Source: Mobula hypostoma (taxonomy: Eukaryota). Taken from it: a stretch of DNA of 64,000 nucleotides. Both the position numbers and the translations under genes were made by a program. The notes below the pieces were generated by a model. The model ran no database searches and was not told the DNA's origin. It saw nothing but the letters and a program-made list of their open reading frames with translations. Of the stretch, positions 1 to 13,500 are shown in pieces; the first letter of the stretch is position 1; each line of letters starts with the position of its first letter. The DNA lies in assembly GCF_963921235.1 (NCBI RefSeq), contig NC_086097.1:76882001-76946000 (forward strand). Reading direction: 5' to 3'.

Positions 1-510
1 CACTTTTGTTTACAGATAAAGGTGCTTGATGGGAAATTTTCCAAAGTAGTCACTCTTCATTTGCAAATATTTTACTCTCAAGCAGCGAAGCCCAAACTTT
101 AATCTTGATAAATTAACAAAAGCAGTAAATGGCTTATTAGGGTTTGTGCTGAATATTTGATACAATTCAGAAGAGACAGTTTCACTGTGTGAAGTCAAAC
201 TGAGATGGGTATTAATATTGATTAATTTATTTTGCTTTGGTCTGCTGGTCTTCCATGTGACATGCAGAAGTATGTTATGAGGTTTGCACACGAAAACTAA
301 CTTTCCCTAACTAAACTATTCTAATATTGATGTGAGTATCTAACTGTGTAGGATGTCGTTCAGTGTATGGTCTTCACAATAAACATAATATATCCAAACC
401 TTTATCTACCACTGTATTAATCTCTTCCCCACTTATCAGTAAAAGAATGGGAGGGATGGGAGAACTCGACACTGGTAATGTCATTTGTTCCCTACTTAAC
501 AGCTTTTATT

Positions 511-959
511 CCAGGCCTCTGTACCACCCTCTGCAATTGGATCCGCATCTTCCTAACCGGAAGACCACAATCTGTGCGGATTGGTGATAACATATCCTCC
601 TCGCTGATGATCAACACTGGCACACCTCAGGGGTGTGTGCTTAGCCCACTGCTCTACTCTCTATATCCACATGACTGTGTGGCTAGGAATAGCTCAAATA
701 CCATCTATAAATTTGCTGATGATACAACCATTGTTGGTAGAATCTCAGGTGGTGACAAGAGGGCATACAGGAGTGAGATATGCCAACTAGCAGAGTGGTG
801 CTGCAGCAACAACCTGGACCTCAATGTCAGTAAGATGAAAGAGCTGATAGTGGACTTCAGGAAGGATAAGACGAAGGAATGCAGACCAATCCTCATAGAG
901 GGATCAGAAGTAGAGAGAGTGAGAAGTTTCAAGTTCCTGGGTGTCAAGATCTCTGAGGA
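511..959 (+). mobile_element. Rex1/Babar-type non-LTR retrotransposon RT fragment
   Basis: [15 protein letters not shown]...[10 protein letters not shown]...KELIVDFRK...FKFLGV; same family as 38299-39265. Confidence 0.85.
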
Positions 960-1506
960 GATCTTGCCTGATTTTAGAAATTGGCTTAAGAACTCAATGC
1001 CCAAAACCATGTAACCTCCCCTTTCAAAATTGGGGGAGTTTTAACAAACTGAGCTCAATTCAGCAGGGAAAATACCGAAGTGATTGAAGTCATTCCTGAT
1101 GTACAAATAATTTTGCATCTTGGAGATAAATTATCACAATCCAAGGATACTATTGCTTAGATCATTGTATTCACACATCTCCAGCTGTTTCATCAACAAT
1201 CAAGGGTGAAGTTGATTATCCTACTACTTAGTTGCATTTCCAGCATTGATGGAGGGTCAGCCCAGGCTAATGTCCAAATGGATTCAGGGTGCTGCATACA
1301 TTCTCACCTCTGCATGGTAAAGATTAAGGTCAACCCCATTGTGTTTTCTTTCCTTTTGAAATTGAAAACATCTTCTTTGAAGATTGCACTTCACGGCCAG
1401 ATTTTAATTGTCCTATAATTCCTTGATCAGTGAGATGATTATCAAGAAACTTCATCTCATCTTTTTAAAATATCCACTCATCTTTTGGACATATAAGTTA
1501 ACTTTT

Positions 1507-1870
1507 AACATAAGACCATAAGATGCAGGAGCAGAATTAGGACATTTCGCCCATCAAGTCTGCTCTACCATTTCTTCATGGCTGACCCATTTTCCCTCTC
1601 AGCCCCAGTCTCCAGCCTTCTCCCCATATCCCTTCATGCGCTGACCAATCAAGAATCTATTAACCTCTGCCTTAAATATACATAAAGACTCGGCCTACAC
1701 AGCTGCCCGTGGCAACGAATTCCACAGATTCATTACTCTCTGGCAAAAGAAATTCCTACTCATCTCTGTTCCAAAAGGACGCCCCTCTATTCTGAGGCTG
1801 TGTCCTCTGGTCTTGGGCTCTCTCACCATAGGAAATATCCTTTCCACATCCACTCTATCAAGGCCTTTCA
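1507..1870 (-). mobile_element. CR1 LINE 3' end
   Basis: Minus strand KGLDRVDVERIFP...TRGHSLRI...NLWNSLP followed by a CR1 3' UTR and short-repeat tail. Confidence 0.85.
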
Positions 1871-1886
1871 TATAAGTCATCTTTTA

Positions 1887-2810
1887 ACATATAAGACACA
1901 AGAGTAGAATCAGGCCATTCACCCCATCTAGTCTGCTCTGTCATTTGACCATGGCTGATTTATTTTCCCCTTTCAGTCCCATTCTCCTGCCTTCTCCCCA
2001 TAACCTTTGACACCTTTATTAGTCAAGACCCCATTAACTTCTGCTTTAAATATACCCAGTGACTTAGCCTCCCAGCCATCTGTGGCAATCAGTTCCAAAG
2101 ATTCACTGCCTCATCTCGGTTCTAAAGGAATATCCTTTTATTCTGAGGTTGTGCCCTCTGATCCAAAATTCGCTCACTAATGGAAACATCACTCCATGTC
2201 CACTCTGTCTAAGCTTTTCAGCATTTGGTGGGTATTAATGAAGTGCCCCCACATCCTTCTGAACTCAGAGCCATCAAATACTCCTCACATGTTAACTCTT
2301 TCTTCCCTGGGATCAGTCTCATGAACCTCCTCTGGATCCTTTCCAATACCAGCACATCCTTCCTTAGATATGGGGCCTAAAACTGCTCACAATACGCCAA
2401 ATGTGGCCTGACCAATACTTTAAAAATCCCCAGCATTATATCCTTGTTTTTATATTCTTGTCCTCTTGAAATGAATACTAACAATACATTTGCGTATCTT
2501 ACCACTGACTCAACCCTCGAGTTCACCTTTAGGGAATCCCGCACTAGGACGACTTCCAAATCCCTTTGCACCTCCAATTTCTCAATTCTTTCCCCGTTAG
2601 AGAAAGGTCTATGCCTTTATTCCTTTTACTGAAGTGCATTATCATTCACTTCCCAAAGCTGCATTCTATCTATCACCCCTTTGCCCATTCTCCTAATCTA
2701 TCTTAGTCCTCTGCAGACTTCCTGCTTCCTCAACACTACCTGCCCCTCCACCTATCTTTGTATCATCAACAAACAAAGACATCAATTCTGTCATGCAGAT
2801 CATTGATATA
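1887..2810 (-). mobile_element. CR1 LINE 3' portion, degenerate
   Basis: Minus strand LVRPHLAYCEQF, QRDL.V motifs, CR1 3' UTR. Confidence 0.85.
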
Positions 2811-4458
2811 TACAGTAATGCAGAAAGCTGGAGAATGCTCAAGCTGACTGTCCAATGCACTAGACAGGGGTGGGGGGGTGCTCTGCAGGAGGATCTATTT
2901 CTTGTCTGAGAAGGTAGTCTGAGCCCTTTCTACTCTGATGGGTGATGCAAAAGATGCAATAGCATTGTTGTAGATAAGAGCAGGTTTAATTTTCTGCCAA
3001 TTCCTTGCATAATTCTTTGGTCAAGACTTATTTGTACTCACTATATTTAATGTCAACAGGCTTTCACCAAAAAATGGGGAGTAATAGAGATGAACAGGTT
3101 TTAAGATGCAGAGAGAGGAGGGGATATAGAACTCAAAACTAAATTAAGATACAGGGGCTTATTTGTTACCGGTGCCAAAATAAATCTGACAACTCTCATT
3201 ATTACTTCCTCTTGTTCGTGATACAGGATTTACAGTGTACTGCCCTCCACAGACCAAACCTGCCCTGCCTACTCATCACGCACATTGGCCCACATTTTGT
3301 TCCTCAAATTCGATGACAACCGCCTCTCCAAATGCTCACCAAGAACCCTTCCCCACCTCCACAATCATGAGCTTGACATTAGCTACCCCTGTCCTTGCGA
3401 CAGACCCTTCCCCACACATCCACAATATGGTCACCCCAGGCTTCCCACTTCCATTGTGCCAATGCGCATTGTGCTTATCTCTCTCACCTCATACTAACAA
3501 CTGACATGTTCTTCTCCCCCGCCCCCAAAAAATGCTTGTGTTCAGTACATAGAGTGCCCCACCCACCCCTTGCTTACGATCTCCATCCTCACCTCAGATC
3601 ACCCTAGGGCTCACCAAGGACACTCTTACCATGTTCATCACTATATTTCCCTCAGACTCCACTCCTCCCTTCCCTGCCTCATGCTCAATGCAGGCCTACA
3701 CATCCCTGGTTTATCTCGTACCCACAATAATAGATTGCACTGTCCTCATGTTGTTTGCACAGGAAGAATTAAACGTCAAAAACCAACCTTAGCTCCTGGT
3801 AAACGCATTGTGTGTAGTGGAGGTTTCTGCATTTTATGTCTTATCACCCAGGGTCCATAGCAAGCTGATGAAAAAATGTTGTCTTTTCACTAAGCCAGAA
3901 TTCTTATTACGGTTGTCAAAACACTGTGGCTGTTTCTGATATTCAAAAATATTTCAATATTAATCAAGCATTTTAAATATCGAGGAATGTAAATGTTACA
4001 CAATGTAAGTACACTGGAAATGGCTTCAACATATATGAACACTTGTTTTTTTTTAAACCCCCACCCCAAGAATACAAACATATAACTTAATCCCTCTCTT
4101 CTGATGAATCATGTGCTGAGTCAAGCATCAGAACACAGAAGCTATGCAGGTTTGCACTCTAGTTGTAACATTGAGTCAGGCACATAATAGTAAGAACACC
4201 CTGGATCTTTCTGCAGTTTCTCCACAGTTAAATGATGTCTGATTTGCATATATGTTTTATTGATGTTGTTACTTCATAAGCAAGCAATGAACTGTTAGAG
4301 CATACTTCTGGTGGTAGCTTTAATTTATCAGTTTTTAAAATGTTGTGTCACTTTAAGCACATGTAATAAAGAGAGTTGTAAATTGTCAGTATGCCCCTAT
4401 ATCAACATTAATAAATAATGCCATGAGAAACTTATGTTGCTCTTGGTTTCTTACCCAG

Positions 4459-4534
4459 GCAATGGCCGAGCTCATGGCCGAAAACTATTATAATATCTGG
4501 GCCAAGAAAAGGAAAACTGAATTAGAAAGCAAAG
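4459..4534 (+). CDS. RYR3: RYR3 exon (76 nt, phase 0-1): [25 protein letters not shown](G), RyR repeat 4
   Basis: ttacccag| ... |gtaagt; RyR repeat motif AENxHNxWA. Confidence 0.95.
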
Positions 4535-7500
4535 GTAAGTCTGTGAATTTTGCAAGACAAGTATTTGAAGATGCTGGAAATGTGAAGTAACAACATAAAA
4601 TTTTCAAAACAACAGGTCAGACAGCATCTGTGAAGAGAAAAACAGAATTAAAGTTTCAGGAAGATGAGCTTGCAACAATTGTTTTTGAACTGTATTATAC
4701 TGACTGATCATTATATGTATTGATTCTTTTAGTGTAATAAAGGCAGTGGTGGAGGTAGGAATGGTTAGGGTGGGGTATAGAAATTTGCCTTCAGTCATCC
4801 ATCCCCAAAATGTGCAATTATGACTGTAATTAAAACTCTATGTTCAATGTTTTTTTGCCCTTGACTTAAACGAAGCTGGTTTTTGGAAGCAGATTCCACT
4901 GTGCAGGTGTTCCTACTTTGTGTTTCTCATGTTAGTGACGGTGAATGACATTCTACCCAAAACATTTAAGAAATCTAAAGTCTAAATCTCTAGCCATATA
5001 TTTTTGAGTGGTGACCAAACTGCATTTGTTTTTCAATACCTGAAATGTTCAATTGTATGTGTGAGTTTATTACGAAAACACCTTGCATAATTCATGCACA
5101 TCTGCTCTTACCCCATCCTCCCGCCACCCCACTAGGAATAGGGTTCCCCTTGTCTTCACCTCCCACCCCACCAGCCTCTGGGTCCAACATATACTCCATA
5201 ACTTCCGCCACCTCCAACGGGATCCCACCACTAAGCACATCTTTCCTCCCCCCCCCGCCTTTTGCTTTCCACAGGGATCGCTCCCTATGTGACTCCCTTG
5301 TCCATTCGTCCCCCCCCCCCATCCCTCCCCACTGATCTCCCTCCTGGCACTTATTCTTGTAAGCGGAACAAGTGCTACACATGCCCTTACACTTCCTCCC
5401 TCACCACCATTCAGGGCCCCAGACAGTCCTTCCAGGTGAGGCGACACTTCACCTGTGAGTCGGCTGGGGTGATATACTGTGTCCGGTGCTCCCTATGCAG
5501 CCTTCTATATATTGGCGAGACCCGACCCAGACTGGGAGACCGTTTCACTGAATACCTATGCTCTGTCCGCCAGAGAAAGCAGGATCTCCCAGTGGCCACA
5601 CATGTAATTCCACGTCCCATTCCCATTCTGATATGTCTATCCATGGCCTTCTCTACTGTCAAGATGAAGCCACACTGAGGTTGGAGGAACAACACCTTAT
5701 ATTCCGTCTGGGTAGCCTCCAACCTGGTGGCATGAACATTGACTTCTCTAACTTTCGTTAATGCCCCACTTCCCCTTCTTACCCCATCCCTTATTTATAT
5801 ATTTATGATTATTATTATTTTTTTCTCTATCTCTTTTTTCTCCCTCTGACCCTCTCACTATAACACCTTGCCCATCCTCTGGGCTCCCCTCCCCCTTTCC
5901 TTCTCCCTAGGCCTCCCATCCCATGATCCTCTCCCTTCTCCAGCCTCGTATCCCTTTTGCCAATCAACTTTCCAGCTCTTAGCGCCATCCCTCCCCCTCC
6001 TGTCTTCTCCTATCATTTCAGATCTCCCCCTCCCCCTCCCACTTTCAAATCTCTTACTATCTCTTCTTTCAGTTAGTCCTGACGAAGGGTCTCAGCCCGA
6101 AATGTCGACTGTACCTCTTCCTATAGATGCTGCTTGGCCTGCTGCGTTCACCAGCATTTTTTGTGTGTATTGCTTGCATAATCATCGTCATTCTTTGGAC
6201 CAAATATATGTAATAAAAATTTACTTCTGAAATTACATAGCACAGTTCTCAATGTGAAGTTCCTTGCTGCAGCAAGCTGAAATAGATTGGTTATGGGATT
6301 TATTGGGAGTACCAAAAATTACCCAGAAGCACAGAAAATGATCTGAGATATCTCAACTATTTCACAACTCCCAAGTTTCACAACATGTTTGACTGCAGTG
6401 TTGTTGGAGGTATCATCATTCAAGTGTAACTTTTAACCTCTTTGGCAGACACTGAAGATCCCACAACTCCCTTTTGATCATATAATTTATTGCTGTCTGT
6501 GGCTACTCCATTTTCTCTGGCAGAATAGGACTACCCTGCAAAATTCCTCATTGTAAAGCTTGTTACAACATCTTGGAATTGTGGAAGGTGCTATGTAATG
6601 AATATTCTTTGAAAGCCCATTGGATTTGCTTTCTGACTGTAATTTCACTGTAATTTGTCAGGAAGAAGGTTGCATTGCTTGCTTTCTGATAAATAAGTCA
6701 TGATCAGTACACCAAATCAGCATCTAGAAGGGAGATAGAAAATCTGGCTGAGTGATGCCATAACAACAGCCAGCAAGACCAAGGAACTGATTATTGATTT
6801 CAGGAGGAGGAAACCAGAGGTCCATGAGCCAGTCCTCATCAGAGGATCAGAGGTGGAGAGGGTCAGCAACTTTAAATTCCTAAGTGTTATCATTTCGCAG
6901 GACCTATCTTGGGCCCAGCACGTAAGTGCAATTACGAAGAAAGCACAGCAGTGCCGCTTTTTCCTTGGGAGTTTGTGAAGATTCAGAATGACATCTAAAA
7001 CTTTGACAAACTTCTATAGATGTGTGGTGGAGAGTATATTGTCTGGTTGCACCATGGTCTGGTAAGGAAGCACCAATCCCCTTGAATGAAAATCCTACAA
7101 GAAGTATTGGATATGACCCTCCACTCCACGGAGCACATCTACATGAAATGTTGTCACAGAAAAGCAGCATCTGTCATCAAGAACTTCTGCCACCAATCAC
7201 CTCTTCTCACTTCAGCCATCAGGAAGAAGGTACAGGAGCCTCAGCATTCACACCACTAGGTTCAGGAACATTTGCTACCCTCTCAACCATCAGGCTCTTG
7301 AACCAGTGTAGATAACTTCGCTCAACTTCACTCGCCCCATCTCCGAACTATTCCCACAACCGCTGGACTCGCTCTCAACGATTCTTCATCTCATGTTCTC
7401 AATATTTATTGCTTATTATTATTAATTTTTTTCTTTTGTATTTGAACAGTTTGTTGTCTTTTGTACACCAAAGCTGAACGCCCAAGCTGATGCAGTCTCT

Positions 7501-10500
7501 CATTGATTCTATTATGGTTATTATTTTATTATGGATTTATTGAGCATGCCCATAAGAAAATGAATCTCAGGGTTGCATATGGTGACATTTATATACTCTG
7601 ATAATAAGTATTCTTTGAACTTTGTCATTGACTAACTTGTTTCTAACCTGAACTAGGTGGAGGCAGCCAAATCTCTCTTATGCCTTATGATACCTTGACT
7701 GCCAAGGAGAAGGCCCGTGATCGTGATAAGGCTCATGAGCTGCTCAAGTTCCTCCAAGTGAATGGCTATGCAGTATCTAGGTAATGGATGAGCTTGATGG
7801 AACTTAGCAAGTGGGAGAATGGTATGCTCACTCATGACACTCAAAAAGTTAGGAAGTAGGTACAAGGAAAGTAACTAAGAAAGAAAGAGTGTTTTCCTTT
7901 TATTTCATTGGATAGTGAGCATGAAAGTGAGAAAGCCTCTTTATAACTGGACTATTGTGAGATTTAGGCTCCTGACTTAAAGAGTAATATATTTGCATTG
8001 GAGGCAGTTTAGAGACTGATCAACAGGTTGATTCCTGGTACAGAAGGATTGTCCTGTGAGGAAACATTTGTGAGCAATTTGTATGGATATGCATTTGAAT
8101 CAAAAGTAATAAGAGGTAATCTTCATGAAATACAAAAAGTCTTGAGGGTGATTGACGGATACTGAGATGTTGGATTCACTCAGGAATTTATAGCACATTT
8201 AAAGATCTACAACAAGATTGTTCAATTTGCAAGTTAGAAATTCACAAAGACTTAAATTGGTTCCTAGAACTAAATTACAGCTTTGAGATACTGAATTTAG
8301 ACATGGGACACAATCTCAGAATAAAGAAAGTTTATTTTTTGAGATTTGTGAATATTTGGAATTCTCCACCATTGAAAGCTGTAGAAGCTGAATCATTGAA
8401 TATATTCAAGACTGCAATTGATTTTTGATCTATAGAGAATTCAAGTGCTATGAGGAATGTGGATCTGAGGTCAAGTTCAGATCTTATGATTTTATTGAAA
8501 GGTATATGTGGCTGATTTCAGCTCCTATTTCTGAAGTCCTCATTATTACAGTCTCTAACCATGATGCAGGATGACACAGAAATTGCTAAGCCAATGTGAG
8601 AAGCTTCATGTTATGTATAGAATCAGAGTGGTGTTGAACAGTAATAATACATTGTTGAAGTTATCAGTATTAAACATTGTATGTCACAACACTTTGATCA
8701 TTATGCTATATTTTCAGAGGCTTGAAAGATATGGAATTGGATTCTTCTTCTTTTGAGAAACGATTTGCTTATAAATTCCTGGTAAGGGTGTTAAAATGTG
8801 TCGACACAGCTCAGGAATTTATAGCGCATTTAGGTAAGTGATTCTTCCTTCCCACTCACATTCAAACAGTTACTGCTTCTTTGTCTTTATTGTTACAGAC
8901 TACAACAGAAATACTCATTATTAAATTATTAATACACAAAGATTTATACCAGTTTAAACAACTGATTTACAACTCTGGGTCAATACTGTGTATGTAATGT
9001 TATGCAGGTCTGGGTCTTGTGGTGATCATGCCAGGCCCATACTTAAACCACATTGGCCAAATTCTCAGCTGTTCCAAAGGAGTTTTAAGTCTTCATCATG
9101 GATCCAGAGGAATACTCCTGTCCCTAAATCCACAAACAGATTGTATTTTTTAAAAAAAGGCAAATTAATGATTATTGAGAAAAATCAACCCTCTTAATTT
9201 CTTAAGAGGAAACTGAAAAGTCAGATTTTTCTCTGGCAATTCAATTTAAAACTGTAGTGTCTGATCTTGATGCTGAGAAAGGGTTCAGACTTGTACTTAC
9301 AGAAGGATCTGCTTACCACTTGTTACCTGGTTGTGGCAGTTGGTCACATTGGAAATCAGGCAGCTCGGGCAGATTTCAATTGCTTACCTATATTTTCCTG
9401 TGAGAACGTGGGTTAAGATTGTAGTCTCTCACCCCCCCCCCCACCCCCATCTTTACTTGGAAACTGTATGATCTGTGTCTCTAAACCAATTTCTGCATGT
9501 TGGCTTGTGTGCTTATTTCGAAATACTGAGTTTATGAAACATTGTTGAAGTTGAATTGCTGAGGCTATACTTTGGTATCAAATGATGTGCTATTACTGTA
9601 TTGCATGATTAGTGTTTGGAAAGTACCCCCCCCCCACCATGCTGGATTTTCCTCCATCTTCCTCCATCAACCGAAGGATCCAAATTCTATTTCATAATTA
9701 ATTTTTCACCAATTAAGTTACAGTTTGCATGAAAAATTAGTACATTTAAAAATATCAATGTTTGAGTAAGAAAATCACTCCTAAGAAAGATTTGATATCT
9801 AGATTTTTACCACGGCAGGATTACAATACACTCTGAGTTGAACAATTGTACTCGGGCGGTGGGTGCTATTCAAGCATAATCCACTTTGAAGTGATCCACT
9901 TTGAAGTGATCCACAGGAGCAAACCCAATCTCCCTTTCAATTAACATTTCACTTGTAGATGTAGCTAGTATACATAATGCCAAAACATGAACTGAGAAAC
10001 TCATCTGCTATTAAAAAAAAACTTTTTGAAGCATTTGACCTGATTCCTAAAAGGAGAAGCCCTCCTTCCTCCTTTCTTTGATAGATTCACAAATTGCCTA
10101 TTTGTTGGGAGCATATCCTTTTGAACTAATAGATGTCATTTATTTTATTTTTGAAGAGTTGGATCTCTATTTTATACATTTCAAAAGTTGTCTTAATCTG
10201 ATTTACTTGACTGTAACTGTTTAATTTCAGATTAATACCTTGCTGTGAGTGAACCATTTATTTTTGTATTGACAGAGGCCATTGTCAGTAGTGGTAAAGC
10301 AGACAAATCTCATGAGCAAGAGATAAAGTTTTTTGCCAAGGTACGTTATATTACAGGGGGTCGCTAAAGAAATTTCTGATTTCCCAAAAGAAATGTTGAA
10401 TTTATGGTGTTGGCAAAGCCTAGCAACTTGGCATGAATTCCTATTAATAAGTAGTATTCAATTACTCGAAAGGGAACATTAAACAAATATTTTAGTTTAA

Positions 10501-13500
10501 ATCTATTGACAGCAATTTATATCCATTCATTATTTCATAAAGTTTTATTTTAATATGAACAAATAGAGACACAAGTGCATCAACCATTGAGTCGCTTTAC
10601 CACATCTTACTGAAGTGTGCTGATCAAAACAGTACGTATTACTCCAAATATAATCATATTCCATGATACAATAGAAAAGGTGAAATGGATTGCTGGAGAA
10701 CTTGTAAAATAAATTAGACTATAAGACCTAGGAGCAGAATTTGGCCATTTGGCCCATTGAATATGCTTCACCATTCCATCATGGTTGATTTATTATCTCT
10801 CTCAATCCCATACTGAATAATTGCTATTATTAAGAAAGTCAAAAGGCATGGGATCCAGGGAAGTTTGGCCAGGTGGATTCAGTACTGGCTTGCCTGCAGA
10901 AAGCAGAGGGTAGTGGTGGAGGGAGTACATTCAGATTGGAGGATTGTGACTAGTGTTGTCCCACAAGGATCGGTTCTGGGACCTCTACTTTTCGTGATTT
11001 TTATTAACAACCTGGATGTGGGGGTAGAAGGGTGGGTTGGCAAGTTTGCAGACGACACAAAGGTTGGTGGTGTTGTGGATAGTGTAGAGGATTGTCGAAG
11101 GTTGCAGAGAGACATTGATAGGATGCAGAAGTGGGCTGAGAAGTGGCAGATGGAGTTCAACCCAGAGAAGTGTGAGGTGGTACACTTTGGAGGACAAACT
11201 CCAAGGCAGAGTACAAAGTAAATGACAGGATACTTAGTCGTGTGGAGGAGCAGAGGGATCTGGGGGTACATGTCCACAGATCCCTGAAAGTTGCCTCACA
11301 GGTAGATAGGGTAGTTAAGAAAACTTATGGGCCATTAGCTTTCATAAGTAGAGGGATAGAGTTTAAAAGTCATGAGGTAATGATGCAGCTCTATAAAACT
11401 CTGGTTAGGCCACACTTGGAGTACTGTGTCCAGTTCTGGTCGCCTCACTATGGGAAGGATGTGGAAGCACTGGAAAGGGTACAGAGGAGATTTACCAGGA
11501 TGCTGCCTGGTTTAGAAAGTATGCATTATGATCAGAGATTAAGGGAGCTGGGCTTTACTCTTTGGAGAGAAGGAGGATGAGAGGAGACATGATAGAGGTA
11601 TACAAGATACCTCCTGGCATAATTTACATATTACTATTTAACTTCCTGGCATAATTTACATATTACTATTTAACTATTTATGATTTTATTACTACTTATT
11701 ATTTATGGTGCAACTGTAATGAAAACCAATTTCCCCCGGGATCAATAAAGTATGACTAAGATATTAAGAGGAATAGATAGAGTGGACAGCCAGCGCCTCT
11801 TCCCCAGGGCACCACTGTTCAATACAAGAGGACATGGCTTTAAGGTAAGGGGTGGGAAGTTCAAGGGGGATATTAGAGGAAGGTTTTTTACTCAGAAAGT
11901 GATTGCTGTGTGGAATGCACTGCCTGAGACAGTGGTGGAGGCAGATATACTAGTGAAATTTAAGAGACAGGTATATGGAGGAATTTAAGGTGGGGGTTTA
12001 TATGGAAGGCAGGGTTTAAGGGCCGGCACAACATTGTGGGCTGAAGGGCCTGTAATGTGCTATACTATTCTATGTTCCATGGTCTATTTTCCTGCCTTCT
12101 CCCCATAACCTTTGAATCCCTGACTAATCACACACAAAATGCTGGAGGAACTCAGCAGGCCAGGCAGCATCTATGGAAAAGAGTAAACAGTTGATGTTTC
12201 AGGCTGAGACTCTTCATCAGGATCCCAAATGAGTTGCATTGAATTGAATTGAATTGACTTTATTTCTTACATCCTTCACATACGTGAGGAGTAAAAATCT
12301 TTACGTTACGTCTCCGTCTAAATGTGCAATGTGCAATTATAGTGATTTATAATAAATAGAACAGTCAATGTAACATAGAATACGCTCAAGTCAGCGTGAG
12401 TTAATCAGTCTGATGGCCTGGTGGAAGAAGCTGTCCCGGAGCCTGTTGGTCCTGGCTTTTGTGCTGCGATACCGTTTCCTGGATGGTAGCAGCTGGAATA
12501 GATTGTGGTTGGGGTGACTCGGGTTCTCAATGATCTTATGGGCCCTTTTTACACATCTGTATTTGCAAATGTCCTGAATCATGGGAAGTTCACAACTACA
12601 GATGTGCTGGGCTGTCTGCACCACTCTCTGCAGAGTCCTGCGATTAAGGGAGATACAGTTCCCAAACCAGGTAGTGATGCAGCCAGTCAGGATGCTCTCA
12701 ATTGTGCCCCTGTAGAAAGTTCTTAGGATTTGGGGGCCCATACCAAACTTCCTCGACTGTCTGAGGTGGAAAAAGCACTGTTGTGCCTTTTTCACCACAC
12801 AGCTGGTGTGTACAGGCCACGTGAGGTCCTCAGTGACGTGGATGCCGAGGAACTTAAAGCTGTTTACCCTCTCAACCCCAGATCCACTGATGTCAATAAG
12901 GGTTAGCCCATCTCCGTTCCTCCTGTAATCCACAACCAGCTCCTTTGTTTTTGTGATATTGAGGGAGAGGTTGTTTTCTTGACACCACTGTGTCAGAGAG
13001 ATGACTTCTTCCCTGTTATTGTTTGAGATAAGGCCAATCAATGTAGTGTCACCAGCAAATTTAATTAGCAGGTTAGAGCTGTGGGGGGGCGACACAGTCA
13101 CGGGCATACATGGAGTAAAGGGGAGGACTTAGTACACAGCCCTGAGGGGCTCCTGTATTGAGAGTCAGAGGAGTGGAGGTGAGGGAGCCCACTTTTAGCA
13201 CCTGCCAGCGATCTGACAGAAAGTCCAGGAAAGGCAGGGTGAAGGCCAAGGTCTCTGAGCTTCCTATCGAGCCTGGATGGAATTATGGTATTGAATGCTG
13301 AACTGTAGTCCAAGAACAGCATTCTCACATAAACATCCTTCTTCTCCAAATGTGTGAGGGTGGTATGTCAAAAAGTGGCTATTGTGTCATCTGTCAATCA
13401 GTTGTGTCAGTAGGTAAATTGTAGGGAGTCCAGTGTGGGTGATAGCAAGCTGCAGATGTAGTCCTTGACCAGCCTCTCAAAACATCTACTTTTTATTGAG

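Noticed and set aside
3235..3730. C/A-rich region with overlapping His/Pro-rich ORFs
   Set aside because: Compositional bias; no recognisable domain or splice structure
3762..3798. cacag|...|gtaaac 36-nt exon-like segment
   Set aside because: The only open frame (GRIKRQKPTLAP) is phase 1-1, unlike RyR, and incompatible with the phase-0 exon at 4459
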